A DNA stretch of 64,000 nucleotides, from positions 13,454 through 77,453 of the forward strand of contig DUPQ01000070.1 in the NCBI GenBank assembly GCA_012838235.1. The letters run 5' to 3'. Origin of the DNA: Clostridiaceae bacterium (GTDB taxonomy: Bacteria; Bacillota; Clostridia; DUPQ01). Below, one piece after another: positions 1 to 8,003 of this stretch. Both the position numbers and the translations under genes were made by a program. The notes beneath the pieces were generated by a model, which was not told where the DNA came from, made no database searches, and saw nothing but the letters and a program-made list of their open reading frames with translations. Numbering within the stretch: the first letter of the stretch is position 1; the number at the start of each line of letters is the position of its first letter.

Positions 1-890
1 CTCATAACTCCGTTTCTCAACGGGAAGAACCATTTTTGAGTCTTAATTGCAGGAGAGAATTGAGAGATTACAAGACCTTTTTTTTCTATCTCCATTTGTA
101 CTTCCTTATTATCAATCGGATAATACTGATTTAAGTTTGTACCTATTACGGCAATTGTATTAAATCCGTATTCCAAAGCAGTTTTATGGGCTGTTACATC
201 AATCCCTCTTGCTAAGCCTGATATAATAGTAATTCCGTTATTACCTAATGCTATTGTTAAAAGGCGTGTATTCTCTTTTGCACTTTCTGTTGCGCGCCTT
301 GAGCCCACAAGTGCTACTGTTCTCTCTTCAAATAGCAGAGACTTGTTTCCTCTTAGATACAAAAACCTGGGAGCTTGTTGAGTTTCAGCTAAAAGCGGTG
401 AATAATCATGAGCACCTCTTTTTATAATCTCATCTGTCGGTTTTAAGTTGGAAAAAGCTCTACATGCTATATCAAATTCCTTTTTTAAACGCTCCACCCC
501 TACTTTAAAATATCCGGAATATTTTCCTAAAAGAGATTCATCATGTGTCATAAATACGGATACATCTGTCTCTTTACTGAAGTCTGTGAAAATAGGGTCC
601 AATCTCTGCTCCGTTATTTCTAAAGCATTTATTAAGGTTGAAAAGTTTAATGCCTCCCTTTTCTCTGTCGTGTCAAATTGAAACATTCCTTTTTTACCTC
701 CCGGACTGATTTTATCAAATATTTTTAATTCTTCTTTTCTTCTATCTAATTCATCAATATGAAAAACTGTTCCGGAAAGATTTTTTTTCAGCGGTTTGAC
801 CTTTCCTTCTTTTACCAATATATTTAACCTTTGTGTAGTTATATTAAGATATTCAGCTGCTTCTTTTGCAAAGAGCAACTTTTCCGCCAA
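1..890 (-). CDS. DprA/Smf-like Rossmann-fold protein with N-terminal excisionase/MerR-type HTH (partial, C-terminus beyond window edge)
   Basis: Absent from the ORF track because there is no stop codon inside the window. My own minus-strand translation from TTG at 890 (first start candidate after an in-frame TGA) gives AEKLLFAKEAAEYLNITTQRLNILVKEGKVKPLKK (HTH_17-like). It then gives ...RTVALVGSRRATESAKENTRLLTIALGNNGITIISGLARGIDVTAHKTALEYGFNTIAVIGTNL, which is the DprA GxARGID..AH signature. Confidence 0.7.
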   Translation of the reverse strand, partial: MAEKLLFAKEAAEYLNITTQRLNILVKEGKVKPLKKNLSGTVFHIDELDRRKEELKIFDKISPGGKKGMFQFDTTEKREALNFSTLINALEITEQRLDPIFTDFSKETDVSVFMTHDESLLGKYSGYFKVGVERLKKEFDIACRAFSNLKPTDEIIKRGAHDYSPLLAETQQAPRFLYLRGNKSLLFEERTVALVGSRRATESAKENTRLLTIALGNNGITIISGLARGIDVTAHKTALEYGFNTIAVIGTNLNQYYPIDNKEVQMEIEKKGLVISQFSPAIKTQKWFFPLRNGVM

Positions 891-1137
891 TTTTTCTATA
901 CCTCATTCACCCCTTTAGCCATATATTACATTATGAGGTTTAAGTTTGTCAACCCTTAAGAATCAATCAATGCTATAATATACCGTTTGATAGAATATGT
1001 GATAATATTTAAAATATACTTTGTATGTAGATCATCGATTGGAAGTGGAGAAGGCCTTGCGAGCGGTAGGTTTTAAGAGTGAGGATTTTTCCTCCCTCAG
1101 GTTCAGAAGATGAAATGGCTGATATATTTTGTATTGT

Positions 1138-1166
1138 AAAAAGCATAGCGGCCGCTATGCTTTTTT
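1138..1166. terminator. Bidirectional rho-independent terminator (perfect 20-bp palindrome)
   Basis: AAAA-AGCATAGCGGCCGCTATGCT-TTTTT. The stem is a perfect palindrome (1142-1161) with an A-run on the left and a T-run on the right. It lies about 95 nt downstream of the stop of the minus-strand gene 1260-2474. Confidence 0.7.
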
Positions 1167-1259
1167 ACTACTTGCCCGAGTATGAAAAGTTTTGTCGGGA
1201 TATATGAAATTGGTATAGTATTACAGTTTTACTGATACTATCGTTATAGGTTTATTCGC

Positions 1260-2474
1260 TTATCTTACCGGTGCTTTGGAATAAACAGTTAAATAGATAA
1301 TGTCTTTTGTTCTGAAACTTGTTTTCTCAATCGGTACACAGCTGTTTTTAACCCGACCCGGATCATCATACAATATTTCATATTGTCCTTTTGAATTAAT
1401 TCGGTATCCTATTGCTACCATTGCGTGCGTTCGTGTTCCATTCTTAAACTGAACAAAAACACCGCCATGATCTCTGTCTTTTTCATTCAAATATTGGATG
1501 ATTCTTAGGATTTTGTCATCATCGGACTTTCCTTCTACTTTTTCCGAGTTGTTTTTCTTAACTACTACTTTAAATCCCAACTGCTTTGAGTACTTATTAT
1601 TATAGTAATCAAAAACACGTCCTCTGTATAGATATGTGGTATTTCCATTTGCTTTATAGGTTTCATTCGGATTAGTCTCAAAACCTAAGTTGGACAGAAT
1701 CATACAACTACTTGTTATGTAGCATCCGGTACGTTTTAATTGGGGATAATTGATTTGGCTGAAATATGTGTGATTGGGTAGGATATATGCTTTTTGAACT
1801 TTTATCACACGTGTTGCCTTGTAGCCTTCCGCACAAGCCTCCACAACAATGGAGTCTCCCATTTTTGCAGAGGGTTTTACTATAATCACTCCTGTGCTTG
1901 TGTCTATAGTGACATTATTACCGTTACTTTTTGCAATTCTCCATTTGACAGGTGCTTTGTAAGGCGAGTTGGATTTAACAACTGCGGTTAATGTAGTTTT
2001 TTGACCTACAATAATTGTGCTTGGTCCTTTTATTTCAATACTTTTGATTGAAATGGGAGCGACCGTAAACTTAACGGTGTTTCCTTTCTGTCTGCGAGTA
2101 CCGTCGGAATTATGTGCTGTTACACTGATTGAATAGTTGCATCCGGGAGTCAAATCCGTAATCTCATATGTGCATTTCGGTGCATATATTTTTTTATTCA
2201 TATTAACACATATTTTTTTTGTAAGATTTAACAGTTCAATTGTGTAGTAAGCAGCTTTCCTGTCTGCTTGCCATTTTACCACTACTTTATCCGAAGGCTG
2301 ATATCTTTGCTTATCGGTAGAACATTTTACTGCAGGGGATATTTGTGCCGTTACTTTGGAATAGACCTTATTAGAGTTCCAACGGGGCATAATTGCTGCA
2401 TCTACATTCAGGTAGGATAAGCATAATACAAGAACTATCAGTGTGCAGATTGTTTGTTTAATAATCGTTTTCAT
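1260..2474 (-). CDS. Secreted multidomain protein: signal peptide, FN3-like, Big_2-like Ig domain, C-terminal papain/C39-like cysteine peptidase
   Basis: ORF track, 404 aa. Signal peptide MKTIIKQTICTLIVLVLCLSYLNVDAA. FN3-like KVVVKWQADRKAAYYTIELL...YSISVTAHNSDG. Big_2-like IKSIEIKGPSTIIVGQKTTLTAVV...VTIDTSTGVIIVKP. C-terminal peptidase-like region with candidate Cys (RTGCYITSSCMIL) and His (THAMVAIGY). AGGAGG lies 7 nt upstream of the ATG. Confidence 0.75.
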   Translation of the reverse strand: MKTIIKQTICTLIVLVLCLSYLNVDAAIMPRWNSNKVYSKVTAQISPAVKCSTDKQRYQPSDKVVVKWQADRKAAYYTIELLNLTKKICVNMNKKIYAPKCTYEITDLTPGCNYSISVTAHNSDGTRRQKGNTVKFTVAPISIKSIEIKGPSTIIVGQKTTLTAVVKSNSPYKAPVKWRIAKSNGNNVTIDTSTGVIIVKPSAKMGDSIVVEACAEGYKATRVIKVQKAYILPNHTYFSQINYPQLKRTGCYITSSCMILSNLGFETNPNETYKANGNTTYLYRGRVFDYYNNKYSKQLGFKVVVKKNNSEKVEGKSDDDKILRIIQYLNEKDRDHGGVFVQFKNGTRTHAMVAIGYRINSKGQYEILYDDPGRVKNSCVPIEKTSFRTKDIIYLTVYSKAPVR

Positions 2475-2568
2475 TTTCTTTCCTCCTTGTAATTTTAAAA
2501 ATATTTTGTCTTGAAGAACTGTTGCTCCGTATCTTCACATTTAGGATAGCATAAATAGTTTGTCAGCT

Positions 2569-2590
2569 TCCTAACAAAATCCTAACAAAA
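2569..2590 (-). promoter_or_regulatory. Tandem 11-bp direct repeat (TTTTGTTAGGA x2 read on the minus strand), candidate wHTH operator upstream of the peptidase gene
   Basis: The plus strand reads TCCTAACAAAATCCTAACAAAA. Its reverse complement is identical over 22 bp to 6512-6533. It lies 95 bp upstream of the ATG at 2474 and is co-oriented with that gene. Confidence 0.65.
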
Positions 2591-2682
2591 TCAACTCATC
2601 AATTATTGGTCAGATCAAAGAAACGACATCTAAAAGAGAGTTTGATTATATGGATGTGAAATAGCGTTTTTTATTATAAAAT

Positions 2683-3687
2683 CTACGAAAATCGGTTAAC
2701 AAAGTCATATATTGCATCAATAGTAGCCTTAATTTCCTGTAAATAATTAACCGGTTGGTTCAGTAACTTCGGGGTACTTGCAGAATCCTGATTTGGAATA
2801 TATCCGACTGTGTCAAAATTGACTGTGTGTTTTATTGCAAATGACAAAGCTCGAACTTGCTGATATGGACAATAAATCTGTGATGTGCAATTAATGATAT
2901 TTGAATGCGGTAGGACATTTAATCGTTTGAAAAAAAAGTCAAAGCAATCTACACTGTTGGCTCTTCTTATATCCGGTTCCGAAGAAGGAGCGGAAATTGC
3001 ATAAATATCATTGTTTCCATATTTTTCTGAGTACTTTCTTATTGTCCAATTTAAGTTATAGTTATCTTTCCTTTCCGTTTCTTCCGTATATGAACGAATG
3101 TCAAATGTAGTTGATAAACCCGATGCTATTGCTTCAAATTCAAAAACGGCATCTTTGGCAGGTGTGTTGCTATAAAAAGTAATCTCCTGTTCCGATAAAG
3201 GTCTCATTGTGGATAATGCAATAACTTTTGATTCAAAGTTATGAGTGTCTATAAGGGTTTTTGCTAATTCGCATCTTTTAAAGTTGGATATTAGAGCTCC
3301 ACCGAGAGGAAGAATGTAGTCGGGAGAATTTAGTACTGTGTCAGTAATTCCGATAAGTCCTAATTTTACCGATGCTTCAAGTACTAATTTACTGTATTTT
3401 TCCACTATCTCGTCATTCTTCAACAACCACCTTGCGGCTTCACCCTCATTGGTCATCGCTTCGGATTGTTTTTTGCGAAAATCCCATACAGCTACAAAAC
3501 TTTTCAGCCATTTTAAGTAATCATAATACGGTAAAGAAAGCGGCGGATTCTCGTTGTTATTATAAATCTTAATCAACTCAACTAACTCAGGTGTCATTAA
3601 CCAGTTATAAAATTCGTGGTGAATAATAGTTTTTATTCGTTCAGTTTCAGATATATCCGAAGGTGGGCAAAGGATACGATTATTCAT
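2683..3687 (-). CDS. Hypothetical protein, weakly DUF218/YdcF-like; translationally coupled to the STAND regulator
   Basis: ORF track, 334 aa. The start overlaps the stop of the upstream STAND gene by 8 nt. Only weak motif resemblance to DUF218 (YILPLGGA, IRRANSVDCFDFF, INCTSQIYCPYQQVRAL). The family assignment is tentative. Confidence 0.55.
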   Translation of the reverse strand: MNNRILCPPSDISETERIKTIIHHEFYNWLMTPELVELIKIYNNNENPPLSLPYYDYLKWLKSFVAVWDFRKKQSEAMTNEGEAARWLLKNDEIVEKYSKLVLEASVKLGLIGITDTVLNSPDYILPLGGALISNFKRCELAKTLIDTHNFESKVIALSTMRPLSEQEITFYSNTPAKDAVFEFEAIASGLSTTFDIRSYTEETERKDNYNLNWTIRKYSEKYGNNDIYAISAPSSEPDIRRANSVDCFDFFFKRLNVLPHSNIINCTSQIYCPYQQVRALSFAIKHTVNFDTVGYIPNQDSASTPKLLNQPVNYLQEIKATIDAIYDFVNRFS

Positions 3688-6289
3688 TACTACTTGTTTC
3701 CCTTATTTTAATCATACTCATTTCAGTCACTTTATCAATCATATCATAACAAATGGAAATAAACGACATATCAATACCGGGAATGGATGCTGCAACATCA
3801 ATAGTTTCAGTAATATTGGTCAATATACTCTTATCTACAATATTTCTGTTTTCTAAAATGGAAAGTAAATCTCTTGTTTTTCCTATACTGTCTTCAACTT
3901 CTTTTGTAAAAACTCCTACATCATGCATGTAAATAATACCTGCTTTAATTTTATCGGAAAAAAACGCAAGAGAATCCTTTATGCTTTCAAAAGGAGGAGT
4001 GACATCCTTTTTTTGCTCGCAAAGGTCAAAGTATAAATTTGTTAACATAATACCTGCACCTATAAGTCTGTTATTGGATATTATTGTTTCAATATGTTGA
4101 GCGGTATTTACTTTTTCAAAGATTGATGCGGATATCAGCTGGTTTTCATATGACAGCTTAAGATAGTTGTATTTTTCCTCATCCATACAGGACCTGGATA
4201 TATGAAAATAGTCGGATCCGATGTTTCTATAGGCAGTTGCCAGCAGATTCAAATTTACACTGTTAGGTTCAGATTGTACCAATGCTTCCCTGTATACTTT
4301 GGTTTTTTTATGATAGTCTAAAGCTTTAATATAATCCCTGCTTGCATAATGGTATGCTCCTAAATTGCCATTTATCACTGTAAGTAATCTATCACATTTA
4401 TTACTTATACTCTCCGGCTGGTTTAATTTGTTTTTTATACTTTCTGTTATTTGTTCCGCACAGCTTATTGCTTTGTATGCAATGGAAAGTCTGTCTTTTG
4501 CACTTGTATACTGTAGGACCGCATAACCGGCTTGATTCAAGCAACTTGCCTTTTCCAACTTATCATCTTCACTTAGAGCATCCATATCAAGCGAATCAAG
4601 CAACTCGATAGCATGTTTTCCGTATTTATACCCTAGCTGATTATTTGTAATAATACGATACACATTGGCTATACATGCTGTCAGTTTTGCATAAGATAAT
4701 GGTATTTGTCCGATTTTTTTTAATCCCGAATACAATGAGGTGGCAAGGGTTAAATTATTCGTTAAATCGGAGTCATAGGTGGCATTATCAATAATGTCGG
4801 TAATGTAAGAGACATATTTTTCTATATAGTTGAAGTCAAATCTATCTATTTTGGTTAATATTATCTCTCTGATAAACGGATGAATGGATATAGTTCCGTA
4901 ATGATTAAATGCATAATAACCGTTAAGCAGTTTATCAAATGCCGCTTTTAGTTGCTCTCTGTTTTCCATATCAAAAGAATTATCAAAGAAAGTATCATAG
5001 TTAAATCCGCTTATCGGTAATAAGGCTAAATTATACAATAGCTGCAGATCAATATCCGTATCGGTGATTCCGGAAATTTTGAATAAGCTGTAATAAAGGT
5101 TAATAATATTATCTTTTTTGTGCTCACCATCTTTAAATACGGAAACTGTGTCGTCGAGACTTTTTGTATTATCTGATGCAAGGGCTACAATGATATCATA
5201 CGGATCTTTTATCTGAGATAACTTTGCAACAAGAGTAACTAAATATGTGTTTCTCATCAATCGGTTATCTATTAAGTCGGTGATTGATTCAATAAAATCA
5301 TGGTACTCTCTATCGTGCTTTTGCATAAGATACTCTGCAATTTTTTTTGCAATGATATCCTGTGCTATATCGGAATCCTTTTCTTTTATATCAAACATGA
5401 TTTTAAAGAATAACTGTACTAGAATATCCATCTCAAGCGGCTTTATTTCCGTTTGCTCTATTGCATAACAATTCGACAAATTAGTTTTAGAAGTCATTAA
5501 AATGTGACATCCTGTATTGATTAAATCCATATAACACTCGGATTTGTCGGACAACTCGGATAAATCCTGATTATTTGAATAATCAATGTTGTCTATAATT
5601 AACAGGGAAGGTTTTTCTAATCCTTTAAGCAAGGATATGATAACCTTATAACGGTTATCTCTTTTGTTCAGTGCATTACACGGTAGAGAAATTATTGTAT
5701 CCTTTAAACCGCTATCTGAATAAGTTGTGAATATTATGTTTTTATAACCGTCTGTTATACATGAGTTTGCATATTCTTTTGCCAATTCCGTTTTTCCCAT
5801 ACCTCTCTCGCCGGATATGGCATGGACAGGACAACGTACAAAAGCTTCTTTATGCAACTTCTGTATCATGTTTTTTCTGTTTTCATAGAAAGGGCAGTTA
5901 TAGAAAGGAGTTATAGTATTATCGTTTTTATGACTGTATGAAGGCTTAAGCGAAGGAAGAGGAAAAGAATCGGTGAGTCGGTATCCTTTGTCATCTGTTT
6001 CAATACATCTTGAAAGGATACTATTGTTCCTAAGTTGAGAAATCAATCTTTGTATTTGTACTAAATTGTTATCACATCTACGAGGATCATATTCATATCC
6101 GAATAATTTCATATGTATATCATTTATACTTACAGTATGATTTAGATTTTGAACAAGAAGGGACAATGTATCCATATGTCTACGACTGAACTTTTTTTGT
6201 TCTCCGTTCTCGACAACACATTTGCCGTCAAAATCAATATAACAATTCTCATTTATATCATGTTTTCCTCTAGATTCTTTATTGCTCAT
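3680..6289 (-). CDS. STAND NTPase regulator: N-terminal OmpR/PhoB-type winged helix, NB-ARC-like P-loop, C-terminal TPR-like repeats (SARP/AfsR-like architecture)
   Basis: ORF track, 871 aa from TTG 6295. ATG at 6289 has GGAGGTG 8 nt upstream. wHTH: FSRRHMDTLSLLVQNLNHTVSINDIHMKLFGYEYDPRRCDNNLVQIQRLISQLRNN...DDKGYRLT. Walker A GERGMGKTELAKEYA. Walker B LLIIDNID. Long helical-repeat C-terminus (e.g. GAYHYASRDYIKALDYHKK). Confidence 0.85.
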   Translation of the reverse strand: MSNKESRGKHDINENCYIDFDGKCVVENGEQKKFSRRHMDTLSLLVQNLNHTVSINDIHMKLFGYEYDPRRCDNNLVQIQRLISQLRNNSILSRCIETDDKGYRLTDSFPLPSLKPSYSHKNDNTITPFYNCPFYENRKNMIQKLHKEAFVRCPVHAISGERGMGKTELAKEYANSCITDGYKNIIFTTYSDSGLKDTIISLPCNALNKRDNRYKVIISLLKGLEKPSLLIIDNIDYSNNQDLSELSDKSECYMDLINTGCHILMTSKTNLSNCYAIEQTEIKPLEMDILVQLFFKIMFDIKEKDSDIAQDIIAKKIAEYLMQKHDREYHDFIESITDLIDNRLMRNTYLVTLVAKLSQIKDPYDIIVALASDNTKSLDDTVSVFKDGEHKKDNIINLYYSLFKISGITDTDIDLQLLYNLALLPISGFNYDTFFDNSFDMENREQLKAAFDKLLNGYYAFNHYGTISIHPFIREIILTKIDRFDFNYIEKYVSYITDIIDNATYDSDLTNNLTLATSLYSGLKKIGQIPLSYAKLTACIANVYRIITNNQLGYKYGKHAIELLDSLDMDALSEDDKLEKASCLNQAGYAVLQYTSAKDRLSIAYKAISCAEQITESIKNKLNQPESISNKCDRLLTVINGNLGAYHYASRDYIKALDYHKKTKVYREALVQSEPNSVNLNLLATAYRNIGSDYFHISRSCMDEEKYNYLKLSYENQLISASIFEKVNTAQHIETIISNNRLIGAGIMLTNLYFDLCEQKKDVTPPFESIKDSLAFFSDKIKAGIIYMHDVGVFTKEVEDSIGKTRDLLSILENRNIVDKSILTNITETIDVAASIPGIDMSFISICYDMIDKVTEMSMIKIRETSSNE

Positions 6290-6511
6290 CTTCAAATCAC
6301 CTCCACTACATAAAAAAGCAAAATATACACATTTTCGAAAGCAGTTGCTAAATTCATAAGTAGCTAATTATTCTGGGTGGGTATATACATTGGAACAGCA
6401 TATCAATGTTCACGAAATACAACTGTGTTTAATTATACTCGATATAAGCTGAGCTAACAACAGATTTGTTGCAATGATTGAACACAGTAGCACAATATTC
6501 AGGATACCTTA

Positions 6512-6533
6512 TTTTGTTAGGATTTTGTTAGGA
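6512..6533 (+). promoter_or_regulatory. Tandem 11-bp direct repeat TTTTGTTAGGA x2, candidate wHTH operator upstream of the 13-gene operon
   Basis: 22 bp identical to the reverse complement of 2569-2590. Lies 93 bp upstream of the ClpP ATG (6626) in the divergent intergenic region shared with the STAND regulator. Confidence 0.65.
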
Positions 6534-6625
6534 ACCTTGTGTAAAAAATGTGGCAAAATTCAATTAGACAATCACTTGGTAAATTATGGGTGGATAACAT
6601 CATATTTTACGGAAAGGAATAAAAA

Positions 6626-7219
6626 ATGAATGAAAGATTTATACCCACAATAATAACGAATATTAACGGTGTTGAACAGATAACCGATTCAGTCAATATT
6701 GACTTTATGAGAAGAAGAATATATTTGGTCGGTGAAATAGACAGTACATCCTCTACAGCGATGCTGTCAATGCTCGGATATTTATCAAACAAGTCAAGTG
6801 ATGATATAGAATTATTCATAAACAGCCCCGGAGGAGCTATACAGGACGGTCTTGCCATATATGACACAATCAAATACGGGGTTAATTGTGATGTTGTAAC
6901 AGTTGCGTACGGAAGAGCCGCAAGTATGGGAGCTTTTCTTTTGGCTTGCGGGAAATCAGGGAAGCGCTATGCTTTACCCAATGCCGAAATAATGATTCAT
7001 CAACCTTTGGGTAGGGTTCAAGGGCAGGCAACGGATATAATATTGGCTGCTGATAATATTAAAAAGACCAAAGAACATATCGCATCTATTTTTGCCGGAA
7101 AGTGTAATAAGCCGGTAGATATACTGCTCAAAGATATGGAGAGAGATTATGTTATGACAAGTAAGGAAGCATTGTCATACGGATTGATTGACAATATAGG
7201 GTTTCCTAAATCGGTATAG
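6626..7219 (+). CDS. clpP: ClpP-family serine protease (paralogue, first gene of the operon)
   Basis: 197 aa. IYLVGEID...FINSPGGAIQDGLAIYDTI...GRAASMGAFLLACG (Ser), EIMIHQPLG (His), ERDYVMTSKEALSYGLID (Asp). GGAAAGGA RBS present. Confidence 0.9.
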   Translation: MNERFIPTIITNINGVEQITDSVNIDFMRRRIYLVGEIDSTSSTAMLSMLGYLSNKSSDDIELFINSPGGAIQDGLAIYDTIKYGVNCDVVTVAYGRAASMGAFLLACGKSGKRYALPNAEIMIHQPLGRVQGQATDIILAADNIKKTKEHIASIFAGKCNKPVDILLKDMERDYVMTSKEALSYGLIDNIGFPKSV

Positions 7220-7235
7220 AGAGGGGGTGAAAAAA

Positions 7236-7985
7236 ATGAGGGAGACATTGCTCTACGGCCATGAAGAAATAAAGAAAGCAATAAATGAAATATGCGTGAA
7301 CAGCAAAGCATATAGTATCGGAAGAGTCCGACCGAGCAACTATATTATCCATCTTGATAGGGGTAACGGTCGTACAACTCTTGCAAGATATATTACCGAG
7401 AAGTTTTATAAACACAGTATTATAAAGTTTAGTAGCAAAGACTTGTTTTTGGAAATTGATTTTGACGGTACTTTGAAACAGCTTCAAGAGTCTTTTGGTT
7501 ATATCAGTTTAGCAGCTTGTTATGCAAATAGTTATGAAGGGGTTCTGTTTTTTGGTATTGATTCATTAGGAGATTATATACATGAAACTCAAGTGGAATT
7601 ATTTTTGGATAATATTGCAAAAGTCAGTGAAACAGCAACATTGATTTTTTATGTTCCCGAGAATCCGTCTAGAAGCATCAGTCAACTGATAGATAAGATT
7701 CGTGATGTATTGAAAGACACTGTTCTAATAGAAAAAAGCGTATACACTGCAACTGAATTGACCTTAATAGTTGAGTCGATGCTAGAAAAGAGGGGAATTG
7801 AAATTGATCAAAAAGCTCAATTTCATGAACAATTAGTTAATCTGATTGCACATATGGAACTTAAAACAATTGATGATGTAAAAGAATTATCAAAAAGAAT
7901 AATACTCTTAACGGATTATAGCTCATTAATATCGAGAGTTGGCAGTTCTCAGTTGAGAAAAATGAGACATGATGTTTTGTCTTGA
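7236..7985 (+). CDS. Degenerate SpoVK/CbxX/EccA-like AAA+ domain protein (probable pseudo-ATPase)
   Basis: The track ORF starts at GTG 7227. ATG 7236 follows GAGGGGG by 8 nt. HLDRGNGRTTLARYI resembles the Walker A GNPGTGKTTVAR but has Lys replaced by Arg. GVLFFGIDSL sits where Walker B GVLFIDEA would be, so the DE is lost. Confidence 0.65.
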   Translation: MRETLLYGHEEIKKAINEICVNSKAYSIGRVRPSNYIIHLDRGNGRTTLARYITEKFYKHSIIKFSSKDLFLEIDFDGTLKQLQESFGYISLAACYANSYEGVLFFGIDSLGDYIHETQVELFLDNIAKVSETATLIFYVPENPSRSISQLIDKIRDVLKDTVLIEKSVYTATELTLIVESMLEKRGIEIDQKAQFHEQLVNLIAHMELKTIDDVKELSKRIILLTDYSSLISRVGSSQLRKMRHDVLS

Positions 7986-8003
7986 TGTTTGGAGGAAAAT
8001 AAG

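Noticed and set aside
1024-1113. 30-codon ORF (LYVDHRLEVEKALRAVGFKSEDFSSLRFRR) ending just before the terminator at 1138
   Set aside because: It is too short, starts only at a non-ATG codon, has no RBS and shows no recognisable family. It may be a gene remnant or nothing.
1142-1161. GCGGCCGC (NotI site) palindrome as a restriction-modification or recombination signal
   Set aside because: It is simply the centre of a 20-bp perfect hairpin with flanking A and T runs. A bidirectional terminator explains it fully.
6626-7219. ClpP-like gene as a prophage head-maturation protease
   Set aside because: No portal, capsid, terminase or tail genes are nearby. The sequence is close to bona fide ClpP over its whole length, including the N-terminal region.
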